Assembly (NCBI GenBank): GCA_965203175.1
Contig: OZ241867.1
Coordinates: forward strand, 6,304,001 to 6,368,000
Length of the DNA stretch: 64,000 nt
Direction of reading: 5' to 3'
DNA from: Candidatus Latescibacterota bacterium
GTDB lineage: Bacteria > Latescibacterota > UBA2968 > UBA8231
Part shown: positions 34,034 through 44,003 of the stretch, piece after piece
Numbering within the stretch: the first letter of the stretch is position 1
Layout: every line of letters begins with the position of its first letter
Made by a program: the position numbers and the translations under genes
The notes under the pieces: model-generated
Databases searched by the model: none
Seen by the model: the letters and a program-made list of their open reading frames with translations, nothing else
What the model was told of the DNA's origin: nothing

Positions 34034-35272
34034 CTGAAGCTGCTCAATGCAGTAGGGCGGCAGCACGTACACGCTATTACCCAGCGGGCGCAGCAGAAAT
34101 CCCCGCGCCAAAAATTGCTCCCTCAGTAGCGGCCCTACCTCGTGCAGATATCCTTCCTCACCTTCGACAATCACGTCCGCCGCCACAATCGTACCGCACA
34201 CCCGCACCCGCTTGAGCCACTGGTGGTCGCGCAGGCGCACCACTTCCTCGCACTGCCAAGCCGCTAGGCGGCGGAAAGGCTCGCTAGCGAGCAGATCCAG
34301 CGAAGCCAGCGCAGCCGCGCACCCCAAGGGATTGGCCGTATAGGAGTGCCCGTGATAAAAGGCTTTAGCGGGATCGTCGTCATAGAAAGCCGCGAAAACC
34401 CGCTCGCTGCAAACGGTGGCCGCCATGGGCAAAAAGCCGCCGGTCAGCCCCTTGGCCAAGCAGATGATATCCGGTTGGGTCTCGGCTTTCTCACAGGCAA
34501 AGAGCACCCCGGTGCGCCCAAATCCGGTCAGCACCTCGTCGTAGATGGCCAATACGTCGCATTGACGCAAAAGCGCCTGCACGGCCGCGAGAAAGTGCGG
34601 GCGGCACATCCGCATACCTCCAGCACCCTGCACCAGCGGTTCGAGTATCATAGCCGCGTACTGGTCAGGATGGCGTGTCAACAACTCCTCCAGCCGCGCG
34701 AGTGCCTCCGCCTCTTTGGCCTCTACCTCCCCATCGCCTTCCCAAGTGGCCGGAAAGGGCACGGCATCCGTCGGAAAGAGCAAGTCGGCAAAAGGACGCG
34801 TAAAAAGCGAGCGTTCCCCCACCGACATCGCCCCGAGCGTGTCGCCGTGATAAGCCCCCTCGAAACGCAGAAAGCGCGTGCGGTCTCGCTCGCCTTGGTT
34901 GCGCCAAAACTGATAGGCCAGCTTGAGCGCGACCTCCACGGCCGTCGAGCCGTCGTCCGAGTAGAAGACCCACTTCAGCGGCGCGGGCAAGGCATCCACC
35001 AGCCGCTGGGCCAGCTCTTCGGCGGGGCGATGGGTAAATCCGGCCGCTATTACCTGTTCTAACTCTTTGGCCTGCTCAGCCACTGCCGCGGCGATCTCGG
35101 GCTGGCCGTGGCCGTGCAAGGTCACCCACCAGCTCGAAATGCAGTCGAGGATCTGCCGCCCATCCTCTAGTTCTAGCATCGCCCCGCGACCAGCCCGCAC
35201 TTGCTGTATCGGCAGCGCCGCCTTCATCTGGGTAAAAGGCGACCACACGTGGGAAACCGCGCGTTCAGTCAT
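33986..35272 (-). CDS. bioA: Adenosylmethionine-8-amino-7-oxononanoate aminotransferase
   Basis: WSPFTQ, SSWWVTLHGH, YHGDT, DEVLTGFGRTG, AKGLTGG, LRPLGN. Confidence 0.97.
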   Translation of the reverse strand: MTERAVSHVWSPFTQMKAALPIQQVRAGRGAMLELEDGRQILDCISSWWVTLHGHGQPEIAAAVAEQAKELEQVIAAGFTHRPAEELAQRLVDALPAPLKWVFYSDDGSTAVEVALKLAYQFWRNQGERDRTRFLRFEGAYHGDTLGAMSVGERSLFTRPFADLLFPTDAVPFPATWEGDGEVEAKEAEALARLEELLTRHPDQYAAMILEPLVQGAGGMRMCRPHFLAAVQALLRQCDVLAIYDEVLTGFGRTGVLFACEKAETQPDIICLAKGLTGGFLPMAATVCSERVFAAFYDDDPAKAFYHGHSYTANPLGCAAALASLDLLASEPFRRLAAWQCEEVVRLRDHQWLKRVRVCGTIVAADVIVEGEEGYLHEVGPLLREQFLARGFLLRPLGNSVYVLPPYCIEQLQLASIYDCFCELIDAL

Positions 35273-35888
35273 GGCAGCCAAAATAGCGGGCAAAAAGCGC
35301 CCGTACTTTGGTGGGCGACAGCTCTACCCGGCGATCGATTTCAGCCAGCACGGGTACCTCTCCGTAGTGTGCGATAGCTTGGCAATTCGCTGGGTTTGGG
35401 GGACCGTTGACCACCACGCCCAAGAGCGGGCAACCGCGGCGGCGCAACTGGTCTAGCGTCAATAGCGTGTGATTGATGGTGCCCAATTCGCTGCGCGCCA
35501 CCACCAGCACCGGCAGCCCCAGATCGACCATCAGATCAATCATTAAATGCCGATCGTCGAGCGGTACCATAACCCCGCCAGCCCCTTCGACGATCAAGCG
35601 CTTTTGCACGGGCAGCGCAAAGCGGCTCATCTCGATCTGCACGCCCTCGCGCCGGGCCGCCTCGTGCGGCGACAGAGGAGCGCGCAAGCGATAGGTCTCC
35701 GGCAGAACGCGCTTAGCTGATAGGCCCGTGACGCGCCGCACCCAATCGGCGTCCGCATCGGCTCCGCTTTGCACGGGCTTCCAATAGGCGGCTTCTAGAC
35801 CCACGGCCAGCAGAGCCGCCACATAGGACTTGCCAACGCCCGTGTCCGTGCCAGTGACGAACAAGCGCGGGGGAAATTCAGCCGTCAC
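35265..35888 (-). CDS. bioD: Dethiobiotin synthetase
   Basis: TGTDTGVGKS, WKPVQSG, VEGAGG, LGTINHT; start set at GTG 35888. Confidence 0.96.
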   Translation of the reverse strand: MTAEFPPRLFVTGTDTGVGKSYVAALLAVGLEAAYWKPVQSGADADADWVRRVTGLSAKRVLPETYRLRAPLSPHEAARREGVQIEMSRFALPVQKRLIVEGAGGVMVPLDDRHLMIDLMVDLGLPVLVVARSELGTINHTLLTLDQLRRRGCPLLGVVVNGPPNPANCQAIAHYGEVPVLAEIDRRVELSPTKVRALFARYFGCHD

Positions 35889-36684
35889 AATCCCTCGCTT
35901 TCTCGACAACTAAATAATGGATAGCGCATGTAATCTCCACGCCGTTGGGACAGTCGCGATCCCAGCCGCGCAAGAGTCGGCGCAATTGCACTGGGCCAAG
36001 GGCACTCAGCCGCGCTGGCGTGTGGGCACCCGTGCGCTTGAAGTGGCGCAAGAAAGCGCGCGCGCTCGGAAAGCGCAGTGCAATCACTTGCTGCCATTGG
36101 CGCACCGCGACCGACTCAGCGGCAAATACGCGAGCAACGGACGCTGAGCCGGGCAAGGCGTTGGCGCTACAGGGGATGCCTTGGCGTGCACATTGGTGGT
36201 GCCATTCGGCGTATGAACCAGCCCCTGGATAGGAGCAGAGCAATCGCCCGCCGGGTTTGAGCGCGGCCAGTAGCTGCTGTAGTCCGGCGCGCAAATCGGC
36301 GAACCAGTGCACTACAAAGCTGGCGCAGATCAAGGCGTAGCGTCCCTCGCTTCCTAACTGCTCCCCATCTAAGACCCGGTAGCAGATGTCTGGATGGGCG
36401 GCCTCGGCGGCCATTTTCTGCCGACAATGCGCGACCATGGCTGGCGCAAGGTCGGTCAACTCCAAGCGACGCCTAGGGAAGAGCGCGGCCAAGGATGCGC
36501 TCAAAAAGCCCGTGCCGCAACCGATTTCGAGCACTGGGCCTTGCACTAAGTTTTCGGCGCACTCGGCAGCACATTTAGCCAAAGTAGCAGCCCCAGCGCG
36601 CTGCTCCTCGGCGTGGCAGTCGTACGTCGAGGCGCTGCGAGAGAAATTCTCCACGACGCGCGCTTTGAAACTCGCTTCCATCAT
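35878..36684 (-). CDS. bioC: Malonyl-ACP O-methyltransferase
   Basis: FSRSASTYD..A..Q, LEIGCGTG; position in bio operon; ATGA overlap with upstream gene. Confidence 0.88.
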   Translation of the reverse strand: MMEASFKARVVENFSRSASTYDCHAEEQRAGAATLAKCAAECAENLVQGPVLEIGCGTGFLSASLAALFPRRRLELTDLAPAMVAHCRQKMAAEAAHPDICYRVLDGEQLGSEGRYALICASFVVHWFADLRAGLQQLLAALKPGGRLLCSYPGAGSYAEWHHQCARQGIPCSANALPGSASVARVFAAESVAVRQWQQVIALRFPSARAFLRHFKRTGAHTPARLSALGPVQLRRLLRGWDRDCPNGVEITCAIHYLVVEKARDCDG

Positions 36685-37343
36685 ACAGAATGCATCCCGC
36701 GCCAAGCCCATTCAACTCGTTCCCAACACGCGCGGGCATGCGTCAGGGGCAGCGCGTGGCCTGCCTCCGCGACGATAGCAAGCGCGCTATTGGGCAGCAG
36801 CTCGCGCAACTCCTCGGCTCGCTCCACCGGCACCACGCGGTCGCGACTGCCGTGCAAAATGAGCACCTGTGCTGCGGCCGGTATCGCGCTTAGTTCCAGC
36901 ACGCTCTCCTGCAACAATTGCAAATCGCGGCACAAACCGTCGGCATCAATAGACTCGGGCCAGCGGCTGTCTGGCGGCGTGCCACAACGAGTGTAAAAAT
37001 CGGCCAACAAGGCCGCTGGTTCGCGCTCCAAGCGCGCGAGCATCTGCTCTACTGTGCGGCGCGAGCGTCGGGCCTGACGGTCGCACGGCGAGTGAAAGCT
37101 GCGAAAGCCGCTGATGACCACGATCAACGCCGCCGTCGCCCATAGCTGCGGTGGCAACAGATGCAAGCCGAGGGAGTGCGCCACGACGATGCGCGGCCGG
37201 GCCGCAACCGCTACGGCTGGGCCAAAGTACCCTCGGTCTGGGCAGTGCAGCGCAAAGCCAGCGGGCAAGACATCTCGCCAGCGATCCCAGAACCAAGCGC
37301 CAAAGCCCCACCCGTGCTGGGCGACCACGTCAACGCCGACCAT
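36681..37343 (-). CDS. Pimeloyl-ACP methyl ester esterase (BioH-like alpha/beta hydrolase)
   Basis: HGWG, AHSLG nucleophile elbow, HG..D.VVP, AGH; between bioF and bioC. Confidence 0.78.
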   Translation of the reverse strand: MVGVDVVAQHGWGFGAWFWDRWRDVLPAGFALHCPDRGYFGPAVAVAARPRIVVAHSLGLHLLPPQLWATAALIVVISGFRSFHSPCDRQARRSRRTVEQMLARLEREPAALLADFYTRCGTPPDSRWPESIDADGLCRDLQLLQESVLELSAIPAAAQVLILHGSRDRVVPVERAEELRELLPNSALAIVAEAGHALPLTHARACWERVEWAWRGMHSV

Positions 37344-38496
37344 CGCGCCACTTCTGTAGCAATTCAATTAGCATATCGAGGTCGCTCTGCTGGTGCAGGG
37401 CGCTGAGCGCCAAGCGAATCCGCGCCCGGCCCGGCTCGACCGTAGGAGGGCGTATGGCCACAGCTAGGACTCCCTTTTCTTCTAGATAGGCGTTCAGAGC
37501 CAGCGCTTCGTCCTCCGCACCCACCATCACCGGCGCGATTTGCGCGGTCGCCGCGCCCGTGTCCCAGCCTTGGGTGCCGAGCGCATCGCGCAAGTAGTTG
37601 GCGTGGCCAAGCAATGCTCGTCGCTGAGCATCCATTTGCGGCACCAACTCTAGCGCCGCATCCACTGCCCCCAAGACACCCGGCGGCAGCGCCGTCGTAT
37701 AGATGAACCCCGGGCAGCAGTTGACCAAGTACTCCCACAGCTTCTCGCCGCAAGCCACGTACGCCCCAAAAGACCCGAGCGCCTTGCCAAACGTGCCGAT
37801 GCATACGTCCACGTCCTTACCGCACGTCAGCCCCATCCCCCGCTCGCCCAAAACGCCCGTGGCGTGCGCTTCGTCGATAACCAGCAGCGCGTCGAATTCT
37901 CCGGCCAACTCGACGAGCGCGTCGATATCGCTGACGTCGCCGTCCATGCTAAACACCGATTCGGTGACAATCACCCGGCGCGAGTGGTCCACCCTCGCGC
38001 TTTCCGCCAGCAGCGCGCGCAGGTGATCCAAGTCGCCGTGGCGGTAGCGCCGCATCCGACAGCGCCCCAGGACCGCCCCTTGGACCAAGCTGTTGTGGCA
38101 GAGTCGATCGAGCAATATGAGCGCGCGCCGATCGACCAGCGTCGGCAGCAGCGAAACGTTGGCCTGATAGCCAGAATTGAGCACCAGCGCCCGCTCGGTC
38201 TGCTTGAGCCTAGCCAAGGTCTGCTCCACTTGGGCAAAGCCCGGCTGCGAGCCACAGATCAAGCGCGCGGCCGTAGCACCGGCCCCGTAGCGCTCGACGA
38301 ATTCAATGGCCCGCGCCTGCAAAAGTGGGTGTGACGCTAAGCCGAGATAGTCGTTGGAGCTAAAATTGACCAATTCGCGGCCGTGGGCGCGAACGCGCGC
38401 GCCGCCACACGGCTCCCAAGTCCGCAACGATCGCATCTGCCCAGCCTGTTGCCGCCGCGCCAATTCGGCGTGAATAAAATCGAATTTCGCCCGCAT
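37330..38496 (-). CDS. bioF: 8-amino-7-oxononanoate synthase
   Basis: FSSNDYLGL, ESVFSMDGD, DEAHATG, TFGKALG, AIRPPTV. Confidence 0.97.
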   Translation of the reverse strand: MRAKFDFIHAELARRQQAGQMRSLRTWEPCGGARVRAHGRELVNFSSNDYLGLASHPLLQARAIEFVERYGAGATAARLICGSQPGFAQVEQTLARLKQTERALVLNSGYQANVSLLPTLVDRRALILLDRLCHNSLVQGAVLGRCRMRRYRHGDLDHLRALLAESARVDHSRRVIVTESVFSMDGDVSDIDALVELAGEFDALLVIDEAHATGVLGERGMGLTCGKDVDVCIGTFGKALGSFGAYVACGEKLWEYLVNCCPGFIYTTALPPGVLGAVDAALELVPQMDAQRRALLGHANYLRDALGTQGWDTGAATAQIAPVMVGAEDEALALNAYLEEKGVLAVAIRPPTVEPGRARIRLALSALHQQSDLDMLIELLQKWRDGRR

Positions 38497-38550
38497 AAAG
38501 GTGAAGCTGCGCCAAATGGTCCGCCTAGGCAAGGCAAGCAGCCTATAGGC

Positions 38551-38579
38551 TTGCCGCATGAGGTGCGCCGCTCTATACT
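38551..38579 (+). promoter_or_regulatory. sigma70-type promoter for panB
   Basis: TTGCCG-17 bp-TATACT. Confidence 0.6.
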
Positions 38580-38608
38580 ATCGCCTGTAAACTTGCCCCT
38601 CCGCTGCC

Positions 38609-39493
38609 ATGGCGACGACCAATAAAATCACCGTTTCTTCGCTCCAGTCCCAAAAGGAGCGCGGCCAAAAGATCTGCATGTTGACGGCCTACGACTACCC
38701 CACGGCCGCGCTGCAAGACGAAGCTGGCCTCGACGTGATCTTGGTCGGAGACTCCGTGGGCACCAACGTCTTGGGCTATCGCGGCCCGCAGCAGGTGACC
38801 ATGGACGACATCCTCCACCACTTGCGGGCCGTGCGCCGGGCCGTGCGCCGAGCCTTTCTCCTCGCCGACCTGCCCTTCATGTCCTTTCAGCCGTCGGTCG
38901 AGACCGCGGTCAAAAACGCCGGGCACTTGGTACAAGAGGGAGGGGCCGAAGGCGTCAAATTAGAGGGCGGCCTGCCAGTCTTGCCTCAGCTAAAAGCCAT
39001 CGTTGACGCCGGCATACCGGTCGTCGGCCACCTCGGGTTTACCCCGCAGTCCCAGGCCCGCGAATTCTACCTGTTCAGCGACCGGCGCGGCACCGTGCCC
39101 AAGTTTCACGGCAAGGGGCCGAAGGGGGCCAAGGCCCTCGTCGAGCAAGCCCTGCGCTTGGAGGACGCCGGCGTATTCTCCCTAGTTTTGGAGATGGTCA
39201 CTGAAGAAGCCGCCCAAGCCGTCACCGAGCGGCTCAAAATTCCGGTCATCGGCATCGGCGCTGGCCGCTATTGCGACGGCCAAGTGCTGATCATCCACGA
39301 TCTCGTCGGCCTCAACGAAGAAGACCTAATCCTGACCAAAGCCTACGGCCAAACGCGCCAGGATTGGCTCGAAATGTTCAAAACGTACTGTCGAGAAGTC
39401 TCCGAAGGCCACTTCCCCACAGCCGAAAATGCAGCGCACATGGCCCCCGCAAAACGCGCTCAACTGGACCAATTACTCAACAATAACGGATAG
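38609..39493 (+). CDS. panB: 3-methyl-2-oxobutanoate hydroxymethyltransferase
   Basis: LTAYD, LVGDS, VKLEGG, GHLGFTPQ, GIGAG..CDGQVL. Confidence 0.97.
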   Translation: MATTNKITVSSLQSQKERGQKICMLTAYDYPTAALQDEAGLDVILVGDSVGTNVLGYRGPQQVTMDDILHHLRAVRRAVRRAFLLADLPFMSFQPSVETAVKNAGHLVQEGGAEGVKLEGGLPVLPQLKAIVDAGIPVVGHLGFTPQSQAREFYLFSDRRGTVPKFHGKGPKGAKALVEQALRLEDAGVFSLVLEMVTEEAAQAVTERLKIPVIGIGAGRYCDGQVLIIHDLVGLNEEDLILTKAYGQTRQDWLEMFKTYCREVSEGHFPTAENAAHMAPAKRAQLDQLLNNNG

Positions 39494-39524
39494 GATCACT
39501 AATCCTTCGAGAGGAAAACTGCCC

Positions 39525-41042
39525 ATGCGCTTACTCTACGCCGCCGCTCTGATTTTGTGGACGACCGCTCCCTCCTTAGCCCAAGACGCCGAACAAAGCT
39601 GGATCCAAGAGAGCATTGCCAACGTGGACGCCGCGTTTAGCTCCATCGTCTCGGCGATGAGCACCGTCCTCTTCGCCAAATTAGGCATGGAAGTTCCCCT
39701 CATCATCTGGGTGCTCGTCCTAGGCGGCATCTACTATTCGTTCTATTTCGGCTGGATCTCCCTGCGCGGCTTCCGACACTCCATCGACGTCATCCGCGGT
39801 CGCTACGACGATCCTAACGATCCGGGCGAGATCTCCCATTTCCAAGCCCTCACCAGTGCCCTGTCGGCTACCATCGGCCTCGGTAACATCGCCGGCGTCG
39901 CCATTGCCGTCAGCTTGGGCGGGCCGGGCGCGGTCTTCTGGATGCTCCTGACTGCCTTATTCGGCATGTCCTCCAAGCTGGCTTCCTGCACCCTAGCCGT
40001 CATGTACCGCAAAATTCACCCCGACGGCCGCATCTCCGGCGGGCCGATGTACTACCTAGAGCACGGGCTTGCCGGTAAAGGACTCAAGTCGTTGGGTCGC
40101 GTCTTCGCCATTTTGTTCGCCATTTTCACTATCGGTGGCTCCCTCGGCGGTGGCAATATGTTCCAAGTTAACCAAACGGTCGAGATCCTCACCACTGTAT
40201 CCCCGGCTGTAGGGGAATACAACTGGGCCTTAGGCATCCTCTTCGCCTTGTTGATCTCCTTGGTCATCATCGGCGGCATCAAGCGGATCGGCCGCGTCAC
40301 TTCGCGGATCGTGCCCTTTATGTGCCTGCTCTACGTGACCGCCTCCCTCATCATCATTCTGTCGCACATCGGCGATGTGCCCGCCATGATCGCGACCATT
40401 TTCCGCGAAGCCTTCTCGCCGCAGGCCCTGTACGGCGGCTTTTTGGGCGTCCTAGTCGTCGGCATCAAGCGGGCGGCCTTTTCCAATGAGGCCGGCCTCG
40501 GCTCGGCGGCTTTTGCCCATGCCGCAGCCCGCACCAACGAGCCAGCGCGCGAAGGCATGGTCGCGATGATCGGCCCCTTCATAGACACGATCGTCATCTG
40601 CTTGATGACCGCTTTGGTCTGCATGATCACCGGGGTGTACACCGATCCTCAGTTCCAAGCAAGTGAAGGCTTTATCGTCGGAGCCAAAATGACTTCGGCG
40701 GCCTTTGATTCGTTCCTGCCCGGTGCCCGCTACGTCCTCGCCATTGGCGTCATGCTCTTTGCCTACTCAACCATGATTTCGTGGTCGTACTATGGGGAAC
40801 GGGCATGGGAATACCTATTTGGCAGTCGCTTCAACCTAATCTACCGGGTCATTTTCGTCGTCTTCGTCGTCTTCGGCTCGGTCGTCACGCTCAAAAACGT
40901 GCTCGACTTCACCGATATGCTCATCTTGAGCATGGCCTTCCCCAACATCATCGGCGGCGTCATTCTCAGCCCGCAGATCAAGGCGTGCTTGCAAGAGTAC
41001 TGGGGCCGGCTGAAAAGCGGCGAGATGAAGCGCTACAAGTAG
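39525..41042 (+). CDS. Alanine/glycine:cation symporter (AGCS family)
   Basis: GLGNIAGVA, GGPGAVFWM, GGPMYY, FSNEAGLGS; start set at MRLLY. Confidence 0.95.
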   Translation: MRLLYAAALILWTTAPSLAQDAEQSWIQESIANVDAAFSSIVSAMSTVLFAKLGMEVPLIIWVLVLGGIYYSFYFGWISLRGFRHSIDVIRGRYDDPNDPGEISHFQALTSALSATIGLGNIAGVAIAVSLGGPGAVFWMLLTALFGMSSKLASCTLAVMYRKIHPDGRISGGPMYYLEHGLAGKGLKSLGRVFAILFAIFTIGGSLGGGNMFQVNQTVEILTTVSPAVGEYNWALGILFALLISLVIIGGIKRIGRVTSRIVPFMCLLYVTASLIIILSHIGDVPAMIATIFREAFSPQALYGGFLGVLVVGIKRAAFSNEAGLGSAAFAHAAARTNEPAREGMVAMIGPFIDTIVICLMTALVCMITGVYTDPQFQASEGFIVGAKMTSAAFDSFLPGARYVLAIGVMLFAYSTMISWSYYGERAWEYLFGSRFNLIYRVIFVVFVVFGSVVTLKNVLDFTDMLILSMAFPNIIGGVILSPQIKACLQEYWGRLKSGEMKRYK

Positions 41043-41073
41043 GCTGGGAAATCGCTGGGAACGCCCCTGACAA

Positions 41074-43008
41074 TCACCAGCTAAAGATGCGGTTGTCGGT
41101 CATGCCAGTACAGGCGTCGATGACCAGCCAGACCCCGGCGCTGGCAAACTGACCGAGGATCGCCCCCATGAAGAACGGGCGAACGGCGCGGAAACCGCGC
41201 GGCCCCCAGTACTTGAGGACGATGGCCTTGCAGAGCCACGCCAAAAAGATCGAAAACCAAGAGTGACTCATCAGCCAGAGGCCGGCGATGGGAAAGCCAA
41301 TGGGATGTAGGGGCCACCACGTCAGATAGTGCCGGGCCAGCATCAGGCCGCCCATAATCGCAGCGCCGACCCCCGTGGAAAACCACCCCTCCCAACTAGG
41401 CCCAGTGGGGTTGAGCAAGAGGCGGGCGACGAAACTCTCAAAAGGGGCGCGGGCACCGCCGCCAAAAAACCAGCGGTTGAGATTGATACCACCGTAGCGG
41501 TAGGACAAATCGAGAATCGCCCACATCGAACTAACCATACTGACCAGCACCGCGAGCATCAGCGCCCAGAAGAAGAGACGGTGGCGTCCCTGCTGGCCGT
41601 CGAGCAGCTTGAGGGCGTGGGCGGCCGAGGCCATTACCACGACGCGCAGTTCAGTGGCCCAAGTAAAAGAGAAACCAAGAGCGGTAATGCCGGTTTCGCC
41701 GACTGCGGTCGTGCCAATCCCCGTGGCGACGAAGCTCTGCGGCATCATCGGCGTGCGCGCCTCGGGCACTCCACTTTCGGCGACAATGCGGGTCAGCGCC
41801 ACGAAGATGGCAAAGGCGCTGAGCAGAAAAAGCAGGGCGACCAGCGGCGGCATGCCGCTCAGATAGAGCCAAACCCCGGCAAAACTCAAGCTCGCCAGCG
41901 CGCCCCAGACCGCGACGCGGTAGGAAAGAATCTCGTCGGAGTCATCGACATCCACAACATTGAAAAACGCCTTGCGGCACACGTCCTTGAGGTGCCCGCG
42001 CCCCACCCACAGCGTAAGAGCGACTAGCGCGATCAGCGCTCCCATTTCCTGGTGGGCAATCGCCGGTGGACTGACGCTAAAAGTGTCTAACGCCTCGCCA
42101 GAGGTGACACCGAGCACGCCGTAGAGTCCCTTTTGCACATTGACCAGCACATTGCAAAACCACAGGCTGAAGGCGATGTCGAGGTTGATCAGGTAGGCAA
42201 AGCCGAGGACCGGGAAGCTGAGCACCACAGGCAGATGTACGGTGTCGCGGAAAAGGCCAATGCTCGCAGAGAGCTGGATCTGCGGAAAGACGTGGAAGTA
42301 ATTGTGAAAGGCGTTAGTCGAAGAGATGAGGCAGGGAATGGCAAAGCCAATCCACAAGCTCGCGCTTTTGAAAAACGGCGGTAGCCGGCTCTCGTCACTT
42401 TGGCGCACCATGTCGAGCGGCAGTTGCGCGAGCGGATAGATGAGCTTTTCGCGCTCTATCCACTGGCGGCGGAGTACCACGGCCACGCAGATCATGGCGA
42501 AGTAAACGGCGACAATGAGAACGCTCCACCCGAGCAAGGGGAGCAGCCAAGCGTCCCAGGGGATGGGCGCGCCCGTGGGTAGGCCCTCGTAGAAGTGTTT
42601 GATAGCGCGCGCGTCGTCGGGGACCAAGAAGTCGCGGATGTAGGGGTGAAACAGGTCGTCCCAGCGGTTTTCCGGCGTGGCGAAGTAGAGCCAGGACCCC
42701 ATAACCGGCAAGAGGTATTCAGAAAGGCCGCAAGTGGTAATCGCCGAGGCGATGAGCATCATGCTGTAGATCAGTAGCAGCTCGGCGCGGGCGAGGCCGC
42801 CGCTGGGGAAGGCGCATTTGTACAGCGCGTTGAATACACCAACTAAGAAGAAAAACAGAAAAAGCGCCCCAGGAGTGGAAAAATCCTGGGTCATATACGA
42901 GCCGCGCAGGACCATGTTGCAATAGGGAGCACCTGCGGCGAGCACAGCGGCGCAGAGCGCGCCCAAGAAGAAGGCCCTGAAAGTGTAACCTGAGCGTGGA
43001 GGGGGCAT
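41074..43008 (-). CDS. Polytopic membrane protein, DUF6785/DUF6784-type (putative transporter)
   Basis: RRQW..REKL.YPL, RIVAESG, WWPLHPIGF, PFFMG motifs recalled for this family; many TM helices. Confidence 0.65.
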   Translation of the reverse strand: MPPPRSGYTFRAFFLGALCAAVLAAGAPYCNMVLRGSYMTQDFSTPGALFLFFFLVGVFNALYKCAFPSGGLARAELLLIYSMMLIASAITTCGLSEYLLPVMGSWLYFATPENRWDDLFHPYIRDFLVPDDARAIKHFYEGLPTGAPIPWDAWLLPLLGWSVLIVAVYFAMICVAVVLRRQWIEREKLIYPLAQLPLDMVRQSDESRLPPFFKSASLWIGFAIPCLISSTNAFHNYFHVFPQIQLSASIGLFRDTVHLPVVLSFPVLGFAYLINLDIAFSLWFCNVLVNVQKGLYGVLGVTSGEALDTFSVSPPAIAHQEMGALIALVALTLWVGRGHLKDVCRKAFFNVVDVDDSDEILSYRVAVWGALASLSFAGVWLYLSGMPPLVALLFLLSAFAIFVALTRIVAESGVPEARTPMMPQSFVATGIGTTAVGETGITALGFSFTWATELRVVVMASAAHALKLLDGQQGRHRLFFWALMLAVLVSMVSSMWAILDLSYRYGGINLNRWFFGGGARAPFESFVARLLLNPTGPSWEGWFSTGVGAAIMGGLMLARHYLTWWPLHPIGFPIAGLWLMSHSWFSIFLAWLCKAIVLKYWGPRGFRAVRPFFMGAILGQFASAGVWLVIDACTGMTDNRIFSW

Positions 43009-43025
43009 GGTGCTTTTTTGTTACC

Positions 43026-43052
43026 GAACCTTTCGTGCTCTCCGCGATCTAA
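43026..43052 (+). promoter_or_regulatory. Candidate ECF (sigmaE-like) autoregulatory promoter
   Basis: GAACCT-16 bp-TCTAA, ending 3 bp before the first ATG of the ECF gene. Confidence 0.5.
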
Positions 43053-43055
43053 CTT

Positions 43056-43988
43056 ATGAATCCCATGACTCAACGTGCCCGCAGCGAGAAACGAGACGAG
43101 GATCTCGTCCGCGCCGTCTTGAACGGAGATGTGGAACAGTATGCCCTGCTTATCCAGCGCTACCAACAGGTCTTATGGGCAATGGCCCTTTCCCGGCTGC
43201 GGGATCATCGTCAGGCCCGAGAAAGCGTCCACGACGCCTTTGTCAATGCGTATCTGTCCCTCCACACTCTCAACCGCAAGGAGCGATTCGGTGCCTGGCT
43301 CAGGACCATCCTCTACAACTGCTGTTTAAAGACGTTAAAAAAGAGAAGCCGCGAAACGGCCCTCCCTGAACAGGCTCTAGACGCCAGCCTCAATCCCCAA
43401 GATCGTCTCGAAAGCCAAGAGGCCGGTGAAAATCTGTGGCAGGCCCTAGCCAGCCTTTCACCGCTCTTCCGCGAACCTGTACTGCTCCACTACTTCTTTG
43501 CGTTTTCCGTAGAAGACACTGCGGCGTGGCTGGATATTCCCACGGGCACAGTAAAACGACGATTACACGACGCCCGCAAACAACTAAAGCAACACCTACT
43601 TCCCCTTTCCTCCAACTTTGACATCCACTTAGAAAAGGAGATTGTCATGGAAATCAAAGATAAGAAAATCCCAGGGGCGGTCCTCGAATACGTGGACATG
43701 AGCGAAGCCGTATTCCGCAACATCGATCTATCGGGTGCTGATTTCGAATATGTCAACATCGACCGCACCCGCTTCCGGAATACCGGTGGAGGGGATCACA
43801 CCCCGGCTAAAAACATCACCTTCGAACACTGCACCATGCAGGAAAGCCATTTTGCCCATGTCGATCTATCGGGTTCCCACTTTCAGCACGTCAATCTGAA
43901 CAATGTTACGTTGGAGAACTGTTCTATCGAGGGTCTAACCATCGACGGCTTCGACATCAAAGCGCTCATAGAAAAAGAGAAGGGGTGA
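43056..43988 (+). CDS. ECF sigma factor with C-terminal pentapeptide-repeat domain
   Basis: Region 2 (DAFVNAY..L, FGAWLRTI) and region 4 (GTVKRRLHDAR), followed by DLSGA/DLSGS-type pentapeptide repeats. Confidence 0.88.
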   Translation: MNPMTQRARSEKRDEDLVRAVLNGDVEQYALLIQRYQQVLWAMALSRLRDHRQARESVHDAFVNAYLSLHTLNRKERFGAWLRTILYNCCLKTLKKRSRETALPEQALDASLNPQDRLESQEAGENLWQALASLSPLFREPVLLHYFFAFSVEDTAAWLDIPTGTVKRRLHDARKQLKQHLLPLSSNFDIHLEKEIVMEIKDKKIPGAVLEYVDMSEAVFRNIDLSGADFEYVNIDRTRFRNTGGGDHTPAKNITFEHCTMQESHFAHVDLSGSHFQHVNLNNVTLENCSIEGLTIDGFDIKALIEKEKG

Positions 43989-44003
43989 GAAGCCTAGCCA
44001 GGC

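Noticed and set aside
38580-38600. BirA operator near the bioF/panB divergence (TGTAAAC)
   Set aside because: Only a half-site; no matching inverted half at the expected spacing.
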